Shown one piece after another: positions 1-8,638 of a DNA stretch of 64,000 nt. Origin of the DNA: Bdellovibrionales bacterium (GTDB lineage: Bacteria > Bdellovibrionota > Bdellovibrionia > Bdellovibrionales > UBA1609); the NCBI GenBank assembly GCA_050250515.1, contig JBFWON010000001.1:30035-94034 (forward strand). The letters are read 5' to 3'. How positions within the stretch are numbered: position 1 is the stretch's first letter; every line of letters starts with the position of its first letter. The notes beneath the pieces are model-generated. The model saw only the letters and a program-made list of their open reading frames with translations. It was not told the DNA's origin and made no database searches. Both the position numbers and the translations under genes were made by a program.

Positions 1-299
1 CCAAGGCGGCTCGTTATACCGAGCAAGTGCCCGACGAAGTAAAGAACGCGCGGTTGACTCGTTTGTTGGCTCGTCATCGTGAAATCGCATTTGAATTGGC
101 GAAGCGATATGAAGGCATGACTCTTGAAGTTTTGGTGGAGAAGTTCGACGAAGAGACCGGGCGTGTGCAAGGGCGCTCGACTCAGAATAAGTCGGTTCAC
201 TTTGCAGGACCAAAGGAATTGATTGGGCAAAACGTGATGGTCAAGATCACCGAAGCCTTTCCTTTGACCATGAGAGGAGAATGGCAACGTGACAATTGA
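1..299 (+). CDS. miaB: tRNA methylthiotransferase MiaB, C-terminal TRAM-domain fragment (5' end outside the window)
   Basis: The frame is open to the window edge (KAARYTEQVPDEVKNARLTRLL...). The tail EVLVEKFDEETGRVQGRSTQNKSVHF...VKITEA looks like a MiaB TRAM end. The track start at 27 is an internal GTG. Confidence 0.7.
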   Translation, partial: KAARYTEQVPDEVKNARLTRLLARHREIAFELAKRYEGMTLEVLVEKFDEETGRVQGRSTQNKSVHFAGPKELIGQNVMVKITEAFPLTMRGEWQRDN

Positions 300-762
300 A
301 CTAGAGGCTTTTGGACTTGCAACAGGTATGGATCGTTCGCGGCCGGTAATGCTCTTTCGTGAAAAGGGTGGGGAAGCTGTGTTGCCTGTTTGGCTTTCAC
401 CTTTAGATGCGGGAATTGCGGTCACTCAGCACAACGTTCAAGCATTTGCTATGTCTCCACATGATGTGACATTGAAAGTGTTAAAAGCCGTGGGCGTGGG
501 AGTGGAGGAATGTCATTTTGTGGAAGTGAAGGGACATCAGCAATTTGTTGAGATATCCTTCACTGGGTCGCGTAAGCTCAAGAAAATGCGCTTTCGTGCA
601 GATCACGCGATTTCTTTTTGCTTACAGGCGCGGGCCCGCTTCTTTTGTACGAAAGATTATTTGTTGATGTGTCGTGAGATGGATGTGGACATTGGGCGAA
701 TGGAGTCCCAAATGAAACCACGGATGGATGCTCGAAGAAATGGCCATCCGTACTTGAACTAG
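289..762 (+). CDS. Bifunctional nuclease (BFN/DUF151) family protein
   Basis: 157 aa. PVMLFREKGGEAVLPVWLSPLDAGIAV...HDV pattern is typical of DUF151. The GTG start overlaps the miaB stop. Confidence 0.55.
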   Translation: MTIELEAFGLATGMDRSRPVMLFREKGGEAVLPVWLSPLDAGIAVTQHNVQAFAMSPHDVTLKVLKAVGVGVEECHFVEVKGHQQFVEISFTGSRKLKKMRFRADHAISFCLQARARFFCTKDYLLMCREMDVDIGRMESQMKPRMDARRNGHPYLN

Positions 763-772
763 AGAGGTCACC

Positions 773-1294
773 TTGATTCAAACGCTGCTCGGGAAAACCC
801 CAAAAATCGGAGACGGGAGTTTTGTCGCGGCCAGCGCGGACCTGATCGGTGACGTCACCTTGGGAAAAAAATGTTCTGTTTGGTTCAACACCACTTTGCG
901 AGGGGATGTGATGCCTATCGTGATTGGCGATGAGTCGAACGTTCAAGACAACACCGTAATTCACGGCACCTATCGCAAGTGTGGTGCAAAAATCGGAAAT
1001 CGTGTGACAGTCGGACACTCGGTCGTTCTACATGGTTGCACCATCGGTGATTTGGTCTTGGTGGGCATGGGGTCCATCATTATGGATCTGGCCGAAGTGC
1101 CTGACCGATGTGTGGTGGGCGCAGGATCTTTGGTGACAGAGAACTCGCGCTTTGAACCAGGCTATTTGATCTTAGGTCGTCCGGCGAAAGCTGTGCGTCC
1201 GCTGAAACCTGAAGAATTGGCTTTTCTTCCCCAATCAGCCAACAACTATTTGGAGTACATGCAATGGTACTTAAAGGACGGTGCAAATGGATAA
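773..1294 (+). CDS. Gamma-carbonic-anhydrase-like hexapeptide-repeat protein (YrdA/PaaY family)
   Basis: Left-handed beta-helix hexapeptide repeats (IGDGSFVAASADLIGDVTLGKKCSVWFNTTLRGD...IHG). Confidence 0.75.
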   Translation: MIQTLLGKTPKIGDGSFVAASADLIGDVTLGKKCSVWFNTTLRGDVMPIVIGDESNVQDNTVIHGTYRKCGAKIGNRVTVGHSVVLHGCTIGDLVLVGMGSIIMDLAEVPDRCVVGAGSLVTENSRFEPGYLILGRPAKAVRPLKPEELAFLPQSANNYLEYMQWYLKDGANG

Positions 1295-2753
1295 TTTAAA
1301 CATCCCAATGGCCTACACCTTTGACGATATTTTGTTGATTCCCCAGTACTCGGAAATCGTACCCACAGAAGTCGCAACGGACTCTTTCTTTGCACGGGAT
1401 ACATTTTTAAAAATGCCGATCTTATCCGCCGCGATGGACACCGTAACGGAACACAAGATTGCTCAGATCATGGCGCAGTTGGGTGGCATTGGAATTATTC
1501 ACAAAAACTTTGATATCGAAAGCCAGGCCTTCGAAGTCGAGCGAGTGAAGAAATATGAAAGTGGAATGATTCTTGAGCCCATCACTCTGAGCCCAGAGCA
1601 TCAGGTGAGCGAAGCCTTGGATCTGATGAGAAAATACTCCATCAGCGGAGTTCCCATCACGATCAAAGGCAAGCTGGTCGGAATTTTGACCAACCGAGAT
1701 TTGCGATTTGAGACCAACGTCCACCAACCGATTTCCAATTTGATGACTCCACAAGAGCGTCTGGTGACGGCCCCCGTCGGTACCACCTTGGGCCAGGCAA
1801 AGGCGATTTTACAAAAACATCGAATTGAAAAGTTGCCGGTGGTTGATGATGCGGGGATGTTGAAGGGCTTAATCACCATTAAAGACATCGAGAAAGCTCA
1901 AACTTTTCCGCAAGCCACAAAAGACAAACATGGTCGCCTTCTAGTGGGCGCGGCCATTGGAGTGGACGCCACTTCGCGCGAACGAGCGGCGGCACTGGTC
2001 GCCTCCGGTGTTGACGTCTTGTGTGTCGACACCGCCCATGGTTTTTCAAAAAATGTCATTGAAATGGTGAAGCATGTTGCCACTAAGCACCCTGACACCA
2101 TTATTGTGGCCGGCAATGTGGTGACTGGAGAGGGAACAGAAGAGCTAGCCCGTGCAGGGGCCGATGTTATTAAGGTCGGAGTAGGACCAGGCAGTATTTG
2201 CACCACACGAATTGTTTCGGGTGTGGGGATGCCTCAGCTGTCGGCAGTAATCGAGTGTTCTCAGGCCGCGCGCAAGCACGGAAAAACCATCATTGCAGAT
2301 GGAGGCATCAAGTTTTCAGGAGATATTGCCAAAGGATTGGCCCTAGGTGCCAATTCCGTGATGATCGGCAATCTTCTCGCCGGTTCGGATGAGAGTCCGG
2401 GTGAAACTATTTTATATCAAGGTCGCACCTACAAACTTTATCGTGGGATGGGATCTTTAGGCGCCATGAGCAAAGGCTCGAAAGATCGTTACGGCCAGAT
2501 GGATATTTCCGACCAAGATAAGCTGGTGCCGGAAGGTATCGAAGGCCGCGTTCCGTACCGTGGCTCGGTCCGGGGAATCTTACATCAATTGGTGGGTGGA
2601 CTTCGCAGCGCTATGGGATACGTAGGCGCTCGAAGCATTGAGGATCTGCAGAAAAAAGCTCGATTTGTCCGCGTGACGCCGCAAGGTTTGCGTGAGTCTC
2701 ATGTTCACGATGTGAGCATCACCAAAGAGGCGCCCAACTATCGCTTGGAATGA
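1281..2753 (+). CDS. guaB: Inosine-5'-monophosphate dehydrogenase
   Basis: 490 aa. [12 protein letters not shown] pair, catalytic [17 protein letters not shown]. An ATG at 1287 is an alternative start. Confidence 0.95.
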   Translation: MQMDNLNIPMAYTFDDILLIPQYSEIVPTEVATDSFFARDTFLKMPILSAAMDTVTEHKIAQIMAQLGGIGIIHKNFDIESQAFEVERVKKYESGMILEPITLSPEHQVSEALDLMRKYSISGVPITIKGKLVGILTNRDLRFETNVHQPISNLMTPQERLVTAPVGTTLGQAKAILQKHRIEKLPVVDDAGMLKGLITIKDIEKAQTFPQATKDKHGRLLVGAAIGVDATSRERAAALVASGVDVLCVDTAHGFSKNVIEMVKHVATKHPDTIIVAGNVVTGEGTEELARAGADVIKVGVGPGSICTTRIVSGVGMPQLSAVIECSQAARKHGKTIIADGGIKFSGDIAKGLALGANSVMIGNLLAGSDESPGETILYQGRTYKLYRGMGSLGAMSKGSKDRYGQMDISDQDKLVPEGIEGRVPYRGSVRGILHQLVGGLRSAMGYVGARSIEDLQKKARFVRVTPQGLRESHVHDVSITKEAPNYRLE

Positions 2754-2814
2754 GGTCGCCAAAGCTCAGGTCGGTGGATCTGAGCTGATTCTTTATCAAG
2801 ACGGTCAGGATTGG

Positions 2815-3417
2815 ATGATTCGCGCGGGCGGCTATGAGCTGATGAATTCCCGCATGGTGGAATCCGAACTCGAGTTGGCGCGCGTTGGATACGAGCGCAT
2901 GTGCCGAGAGAATCATCATCGCGTGTGTCGGGCTGTCATTGCGGGTCTTGGACTCGGCTTCACTCTGGCCGAATTTCTGCGTCGGACCGGCGACCTCAGG
3001 TCCCTCGATCTCACGGTTGTGGAAGTTTCCGCTGAAGTTCTTGATTGGTACAAAACCCACTTTCGACCTAATCTCCATGCGGATATTCAGGATCAATCGG
3101 TGAATTTTAGAGTGACTGACATTTTGGATTTCTTGAATGGCGCGCGGGATCTTGATTTGGTCCTATTGGATGTGGACAACGGTCCCGCTCCGATCACGCA
3201 GCAGAGCAATTCGAAACTCTATGAGGCCGAGGGATTAACTCGACTTCACCGGGCGCTTCGCTCTGGCGGTCAGGCGATTTTTTGGTCCGGCTTTCGGGAT
3301 GAAGAGTTTAACATAAGACTTAGGAATGCCGGATTTGCCGTCGACGAGATAATCGTGGATTTAGGGCGTAGTCACCACCACTTGATCTGTCTGAAAAAAC
3401 CAAAAGGTGCCTGCTAA
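2815..3417 (+). CDS. Spermidine-synthase-like class I SAM methyltransferase-fold protein
   Basis: VIAGLGLGFT (motif I), VVEVSAEVLDW, LLDVDNGP. Family-like sequence (ELILYQDGQDW) continues upstream of the first ATG with no canonical start codon. Confidence 0.5.
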   Translation: MIRAGGYELMNSRMVESELELARVGYERMCRENHHRVCRAVIAGLGLGFTLAEFLRRTGDLRSLDLTVVEVSAEVLDWYKTHFRPNLHADIQDQSVNFRVTDILDFLNGARDLDLVLLDVDNGPAPITQQSNSKLYEAEGLTRLHRALRSGGQAIFWSGFRDEEFNIRLRNAGFAVDEIIVDLGRSHHHLICLKKPKGAC

Positions 3418-4274
3418 CTTTGAACCCAAAGCGCCGAGGCTCCGCTCGGAAGCGGCAATCCCGAACGATCGAAGATCAACATTTCTTCGGCGTGAGTTTC
3501 GCCGGCTGAGCCTAAGACTCGCACCAATTGATTGTTCAGTGAAGTCGGCGTGTAGGCTTCTGAATGGGCCGACAGGCAAAAAAAGGATCCTTTTCGTCCT
3601 GAAAATAATTTCTTTAGCTCTTGTAGAAGAGGCATCAAATCGGATTCAATTTTCCAAACCTGACGTTTTTCCCCTTTGCCATAGCTGGGGGGATCCAAAA
3701 TGATTCCGTCGTACTTAGAGCCTCGCCGAACTTCCCTCGAGACAAACTCCTTAACATCATCGACCAGCCAGCGAATGGATCGATCGCCCAAACCGCTGAG
3801 CTCGGCATTCTCACTGGCCCACTTGACCGTGCCTTTAGAGGCATCCACGTGGGCGACCTCAGCCCCGGCTTGCGCGCAGAACAGGGTGCTTCCGCCGGTG
3901 TAGGCGAAAAGATTTAAAACGCGGGTGGGCCCATCATTTGACTGAAGTCCCTTAACAAGTTCTCGAAAGCGGAGCCAATTTTTTTCTTGTTCTGGAAAAA
4001 GACCAAGGTGGCCAAAGGACGTTAGCTTAATCAAGAAATGAACACCGTGGATCGAAATTTCAAAAGGGTTTTTGACTCGCTCATCTTTGATCCGCCATTC
4101 ACCAGTCCCATCGCGATGCCTGATAAATTCAGCGGCGACATCTTTCCATTCCCGCTCTGATAAATGGGGGTCCCACACAGCCGTGGCTGCAGGACGAATC
4201 AAACGAAAAGATCCCACTTGCTCGAGCTTTCGGAAGCCGCCGGTATCTAACAGGGAATATTCAGAAGAAGCCAT
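3414..4274 (-). CDS. Class I SAM-dependent (rRNA) methyltransferase, RlmI/RlmK-like
   Basis: VLNLFAYTGGSTL, AEVAHVDASK, IILDPPSYGKG motifs. Confidence 0.6.
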   Translation of the reverse strand: MASSEYSLLDTGGFRKLEQVGSFRLIRPAATAVWDPHLSEREWKDVAAEFIRHRDGTGEWRIKDERVKNPFEISIHGVHFLIKLTSFGHLGLFPEQEKNWLRFRELVKGLQSNDGPTRVLNLFAYTGGSTLFCAQAGAEVAHVDASKGTVKWASENAELSGLGDRSIRWLVDDVKEFVSREVRRGSKYDGIILDPPSYGKGEKRQVWKIESDLMPLLQELKKLFSGRKGSFFCLSAHSEAYTPTSLNNQLVRVLGSAGETHAEEMLIFDRSGLPLPSGASALWVQS

Positions 4275-4350
4275 GCCTTAAATACCCATCGAAGGTTTAA
4301 CTTGTCAGTCACATTCGACGCGCCGGTCGGAGAAAAGTTAGCGGGCACCA

Positions 4351-4968
4351 TCAGAGGACCTGAAGCGGATTTATAACCCCGCCTTTGGAATTCAATACTT
4401 CAAAATGCAGATGGGGGACAGTGGCGGCGGCATTGCCACTTTGTCCAAGACTTCCAAGTCGTTGACCAGCGACGATGCGTTGGCCGGGGCGGACGGACGG
4501 CTTGGATTTGAGATGGGCATAGTATGTAACATAACCGTTTTTGTGCCTGAGGATCACAGCCCATCCACCCGTCATATCCCAGCCGGCGAATTGCACCTTA
4601 CCGGTCCACGCGGCAACGATAGAGCTTCCAGGCTTGGCGGCGATATCGATGCCTCGGTGTTTGCGGAGTCCACCATCGCGTGGATCTCCGACTTTAGAGA
4701 TCACGTCGCCGCCATAAATCACGGGGAAGATGCCCTTCGTGTCGGTTTCAATAGTCGGATTCAATAAAGAATATTTATAAAAGTAGCGATGCTCGTGGAA
4801 AGGGCATCCAATGCATTTTTTCAGACAATCATCGCCGATGGTATCGAGGCCCCTGAGGTCCTTCGTGACCAGGAGCTCATTTCCACCCTGCGCGAAGAAG
4901 GATCCGCAGATCAGAATCAGGCTGGCTAGAATTTTGGCGACCCAGAGCCGCGGGGAGATTTTGCGCAT
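4351..4968 (-). CDS. M23 family metallopeptidase, secreted
   Basis: Signal peptide. HRGIDIAA (HxxxD) and PHLHFEV (HxH) LytM motifs. Confidence 0.85.
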   Translation of the reverse strand: MRKISPRLWVAKILASLILICGSFFAQGGNELLVTKDLRGLDTIGDDCLKKCIGCPFHEHRYFYKYSLLNPTIETDTKGIFPVIYGGDVISKVGDPRDGGLRKHRGIDIAAKPGSSIVAAWTGKVQFAGWDMTGGWAVILRHKNGYVTYYAHLKSKPSVRPGQRIVAGQRLGSLGQSGNAAATVPHLHFEVLNSKGGVINPLQVL

Positions 4969-5181
4969 ACCCAGTCTCTAAAAGCAGGATGTAGGCCGCC
5001 TCAGAGCCCATTAAATGGGCTTATGGGAGCCATTTTCGGGAGAAAAATACAAGTTGGTGCCGCATTCTGTCTCCAGTTGGGGCGTAGAACGCTTGGACGA
5101 TGTTAGAAATGCACGTCTGGAAGTGCAAAATTTTGTGGTTCGAGAAGGCATGTGAATTGCCTCCTTTGAGCCTGTGGGGGA

Positions 5182-7065
5182 GTGGGGCCGGGCCGACATG
5201 CTGCCGGTCGATGGGCCTTCTACAAGATTATGCGCCATGGATTTCTCTACCGTGTCCGAGTGACCTCTTCTGAGGGGTCTACAATTGCCTACGTTCCATT
5301 GGAAAAGTTCTCGATCGGTTCAGAGCCTCGATTGCCGCTGGCGATCAAGCATCCTCATGTCGAACGAAATCATGTCACTGTCTCTTGTGTGGATGGCGAA
5401 ATCTGGCTTACCGATCAGCAGTCCAATCTAGGGACTTATGTGGAAGGGCGCAGAATTCCCTCAGGAATTCCCTTTCGATATAGTCCTGGGGCTCGCATTC
5501 GAATCGCCGATTTGGACTATAGCCTTCAAATTCATCTCTTCGTTCAGAATGACAAGGTGGTTTCACCGAGACCCTCCTCGCAGCAAGAGGCCCAAGAAAA
5601 AGAGAAATTTCAGGCCGGCGCTTTACAAGAATTGCGAAGTGAGATGGAGAAAGTCGAGCGCCAAATGCTCGAGAAGGCTCGCTCGAAGGCCGATCACGCC
5701 TACCAAGATCGAATTCAAGAGGAGTTAAAGCAGGCGGGCGCCCAAGCCTTGCAAATTCGTCTCGCGGCCCAAAGGGAAGCTGAAAAAATCTTAGAGGAAA
5801 CTCGAGTTCGGTGTGAGGAACTCCAAATTAAGCAGCGAGGCGCGGCCGAGCAAGAGGCCGAAACAATACGTTCTGAGGCGATGACCTTTCGGCAAATGGC
5901 GGAAAAAGAAATGGGAGATCGTCTTGACGAAGTCAATCGTCGATATATGGAGGTTTTAGAGCAAGCGAGAACCGAGGGGGCTAGTCTTGTGCAAAAGGCC
6001 CAGCAGCAAGTGGAAGAGATGGTTACAATAGCCAGGCACAAAGCGTCCGTTCAGGAGCAAAATATGTTGAGTGCGACAGCCAACCGCCTGAAGGAGCTCG
6101 AAAGCGAATTTGATCAGAATCGCTCGGCAAAGTTCAAAGAATTGGAATCTCAAATTCAGCATCAACTCGCGCAGACAGAGGCCAAATGTATGACGATGCA
6201 AGAGTCCGCTCGGAGGGGTTCTCAGGAACTGATTGCCAAAGCCGAACTGGAAGCCGCTCGTATTGTCGAGGCTTCGCGACTCAGGGCCGCCGAAGAAAAA
6301 TCAGATGAGATCACTCGACTGCATGAGCAGGCTCAGCGGGAGGCAGACGCCATTCTGGCCAAAGCACACGAGCAGGGACAAGTTGAGGTCCAGGGAATTT
6401 TAGCGAGCTTGCGAAAGCAGCTGGAAGAAGAGATTCGAGATCGTCAGAAAGAAGCCTCTCACATAGTCGATCGAGCCTTGCACGATGCTTCGGTCTTGCG
6501 CGAAAAGTCCAGGGCCGAAATCGATGAGCTCTTTCAGGTCTCGCGGCTCGAGGCGCAAAGGCAGACGGATCATTTGTTGGCTCAGGCTCGAAAAGAATGT
6601 GAAGTCATGCGGGAGCACCAGCAAGAGGAACTGGCGGCCCGCCGGCGGGCACTGGAAGAGGAGCTCATCACAAGACGGCAAAAAGTCGAACAAGAGCTTG
6701 GAGAAACTCATAAGCTCGAAATTGAACGGATCGAGAAATTCTGGGCTCTGCAGGCCGAGATGGCTGAAAACAGACGCGTCCATGACATTGCATTGATCAG
6801 CGAAAACATCGCCTCTTCCATGTCCGAGCTGATAGAGGGTAATGACCGAAAAGAAGTGCTGGTGAAGGTCAAGGATGTGGTCGAGCGATCCTTTCCGCCC
6901 TTGGCTTGGAAGCAGGACCAAAACTTCAAGCAAAAAATGGGCAATTTGTTGGCTTTTCGATCCAAAAAAAAGGCGATCAAAGCGCCCCCAAAAGTGTCCT
7001 CGTTGCTTCTCTTGATCGTTGTTGTGGGAGTGCCGCTCCTTGTATCTTACTACGGCCTTAGATAG
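5182..7065 (+). CDS. FHA-domain protein with long coiled coil and C-terminal TM anchor
   Basis: N-terminal FHA (SIGSE...NHVTV...GEIWLTDQQSNLGTYVEGRRI). About 450 aa of E/A/Q/R-rich heptads. Terminal LLLLIVVVGVPLLVSYY. Alternative ATG start at 5230. Confidence 0.75.
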   Translation: MGPGRHAAGRWAFYKIMRHGFLYRVRVTSSEGSTIAYVPLEKFSIGSEPRLPLAIKHPHVERNHVTVSCVDGEIWLTDQQSNLGTYVEGRRIPSGIPFRYSPGARIRIADLDYSLQIHLFVQNDKVVSPRPSSQQEAQEKEKFQAGALQELRSEMEKVERQMLEKARSKADHAYQDRIQEELKQAGAQALQIRLAAQREAEKILEETRVRCEELQIKQRGAAEQEAETIRSEAMTFRQMAEKEMGDRLDEVNRRYMEVLEQARTEGASLVQKAQQQVEEMVTIARHKASVQEQNMLSATANRLKELESEFDQNRSAKFKELESQIQHQLAQTEAKCMTMQESARRGSQELIAKAELEAARIVEASRLRAAEEKSDEITRLHEQAQREADAILAKAHEQGQVEVQGILASLRKQLEEEIRDRQKEASHIVDRALHDASVLREKSRAEIDELFQVSRLEAQRQTDHLLAQARKECEVMREHQQEELAARRRALEEELITRRQKVEQELGETHKLEIERIEKFWALQAEMAENRRVHDIALISENIASSMSELIEGNDRKEVLVKVKDVVERSFPPLAWKQDQNFKQKMGNLLAFRSKKKAIKAPPKVSSLLLLIVVVGVPLLVSYYGLR

Positions 7066-7110
7066 CATCCGCGTCATGACCGTATTCGCCGGATTTCGTA
7101 ATGTCTTCGC

Positions 7111-8637
7111 ATGGTCAAAAACAGCGTTTTGATTCTGGATTTTGGGTCGCAGTACACCCAGCTCATCGCTCGTCGTTGTCGGGAGCTTGGAGTGTTCTCA
7201 GAACTTTTACCCTTCGATACTTCTATTGAAGATCTCAAATCTCGTGAGCCTGTGGCTTTGGTTTTGAGCGGAGGACCAAACTCGGTCTACGACTCGACCT
7301 CTCCCACCCGTGATATAAAACCACTTCTTGAATTGGCTCCCGTGCTGGGCATTTGTTACGGAATGCAGCTCCTGGCTCATCAAATGGGTGGCAAAGTGGA
7401 GCGAGCGGGCAGTCGTGAATACGGTTTGAACCGGGTCAAATGGTCCAAAGTCCTTTCTGGTGTTCCCGCCGATCAAAAGGTTTGGATGAGCCATGGAGAT
7501 GTGATTACAAAAACTCCTCCCGGAGTCGAAGTTGTCGCCCAATCGAGTTATCAGCACCCGGCGGCCATGATGGGTGAGAAATTCTGGGGTGTGCAGTTTC
7601 ATCCTGAGGTAGCGCACACCGAAGGTGGGGTGGATTTCCTTCGCCATTTTCTCTTCGACTTTTGTCAGGCGCGGAAAAATTGGTCGGTGGCGAAAATTGA
7701 AGAGCATCTTCTTTTGGATATTCGCACGCGCGTAAGTGACGATGAGTCCGTTTTGTGTGCTTTAAGTGGTGGCGTGGATTCGACCGTGGTGGCCACGCTC
7801 CTCACCCGCGCGCTGGGGCCCGACCGAGTGAAGTGCGTTTTTGTAGACACCGGGCTGTTGCGTAAAGATGAATTCGCCAAGGTAAAAAGCATGTATGGCG
7901 AATTGGGTTTGAATGTGACGGGGGTTGAGGCGCAGGCGGATTTTCTTGATCGCTTAGCGGGCGTCGAGGATCCAGAACAAAAACGTAAGATTATCGGTCA
8001 TGTCTTTATCGAAGTTTTTAAGAAAGCCTTCGTTCAGGTGGGGCAGTGCGACTGGTTGGCCCAAGGGACCCTGTATCCCGATGTCATTGAGTCGGTCAGT
8101 CCGCGGGGAACCAGTGTGACGATCAAATCTCACCACAACGTGGGGGGCCTACCAAAAGATCTGGGCTTAAAATTGATTGAACCCTTGCGAGAACTTTTCA
8201 AAGACGAAGTTCGACGAATAGGTGAAGATTTAGGGATTCCGCATAAATTCATTTGGCGCCACCCGTTTCCGGGGCCAGGATTGGCGATTCGAATTCTAGG
8301 CCCAGTCAATAAAGAAGATCTCGATATTTTGCGCGAAGTGGATGATATCTATATCACCGAACTACAAACCAAAGGTCTTTACGACAAAATTTGGCAGGCC
8401 TTTTGTGTGCTTTTGCCGATTCGCACGGTGGGAGTACAAGGGGACAGTCGCACGTATGACCGCGTGGTGGCCATCCGGGCGGTGACCTCCAGCGACGGGA
8501 TGACGGCCGATTGGTACCCATTTGAACCAGAGTTTATGGCCCATCTTTCCAATCGGATCACCAACGAGGTGAATGGAGTCAATCGAGTGGTTTACGATGT
8601 GACATCTAAGCCCCCGGGCACGATTGAATGGGAGTGA
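7111..8637 (+). CDS. guaA: GMP synthase (glutamine-hydrolysing)
   Basis: GATase GICYGMQ...HPE, ATP-PPase SGGVDS, C-terminal PPGTIEWE. Confidence 0.95.
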   Translation: MVKNSVLILDFGSQYTQLIARRCRELGVFSELLPFDTSIEDLKSREPVALVLSGGPNSVYDSTSPTRDIKPLLELAPVLGICYGMQLLAHQMGGKVERAGSREYGLNRVKWSKVLSGVPADQKVWMSHGDVITKTPPGVEVVAQSSYQHPAAMMGEKFWGVQFHPEVAHTEGGVDFLRHFLFDFCQARKNWSVAKIEEHLLLDIRTRVSDDESVLCALSGGVDSTVVATLLTRALGPDRVKCVFVDTGLLRKDEFAKVKSMYGELGLNVTGVEAQADFLDRLAGVEDPEQKRKIIGHVFIEVFKKAFVQVGQCDWLAQGTLYPDVIESVSPRGTSVTIKSHHNVGGLPKDLGLKLIEPLRELFKDEVRRIGEDLGIPHKFIWRHPFPGPGLAIRILGPVNKEDLDILREVDDIYITELQTKGLYDKIWQAFCVLLPIRTVGVQGDSRTYDRVVAIRAVTSSDGMTADWYPFEPEFMAHLSNRITNEVNGVNRVVYDVTSKPPGTIEWE

Positions 8638-8638
8638 G

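Noticed and set aside
6400-7077. 225-aa minus-strand ORF, plus other long antisense ORFs at 5715-6041 and 5956-6201, inside the FHA/coiled-coil gene.
   Set aside because: These are mirror ORFs created by the biased GAA/GCC/CAG-rich coiled-coil coding sequence. The sense frame has a clear FHA domain, and the antisense products are low-complexity with no motifs.
8624-8638. N-terminal extensions in the track for dnaE (8624), rpsN (63170), the NUDIX gene (60437) and apt (48934).
   Set aside because: Each extension overlaps the preceding gene, and family N-termini (MSFVHLHVHS, MAKLS, MSSGVK.., MSSMTIDQ) begin at internal ATGs. Shorter starts were adopted.
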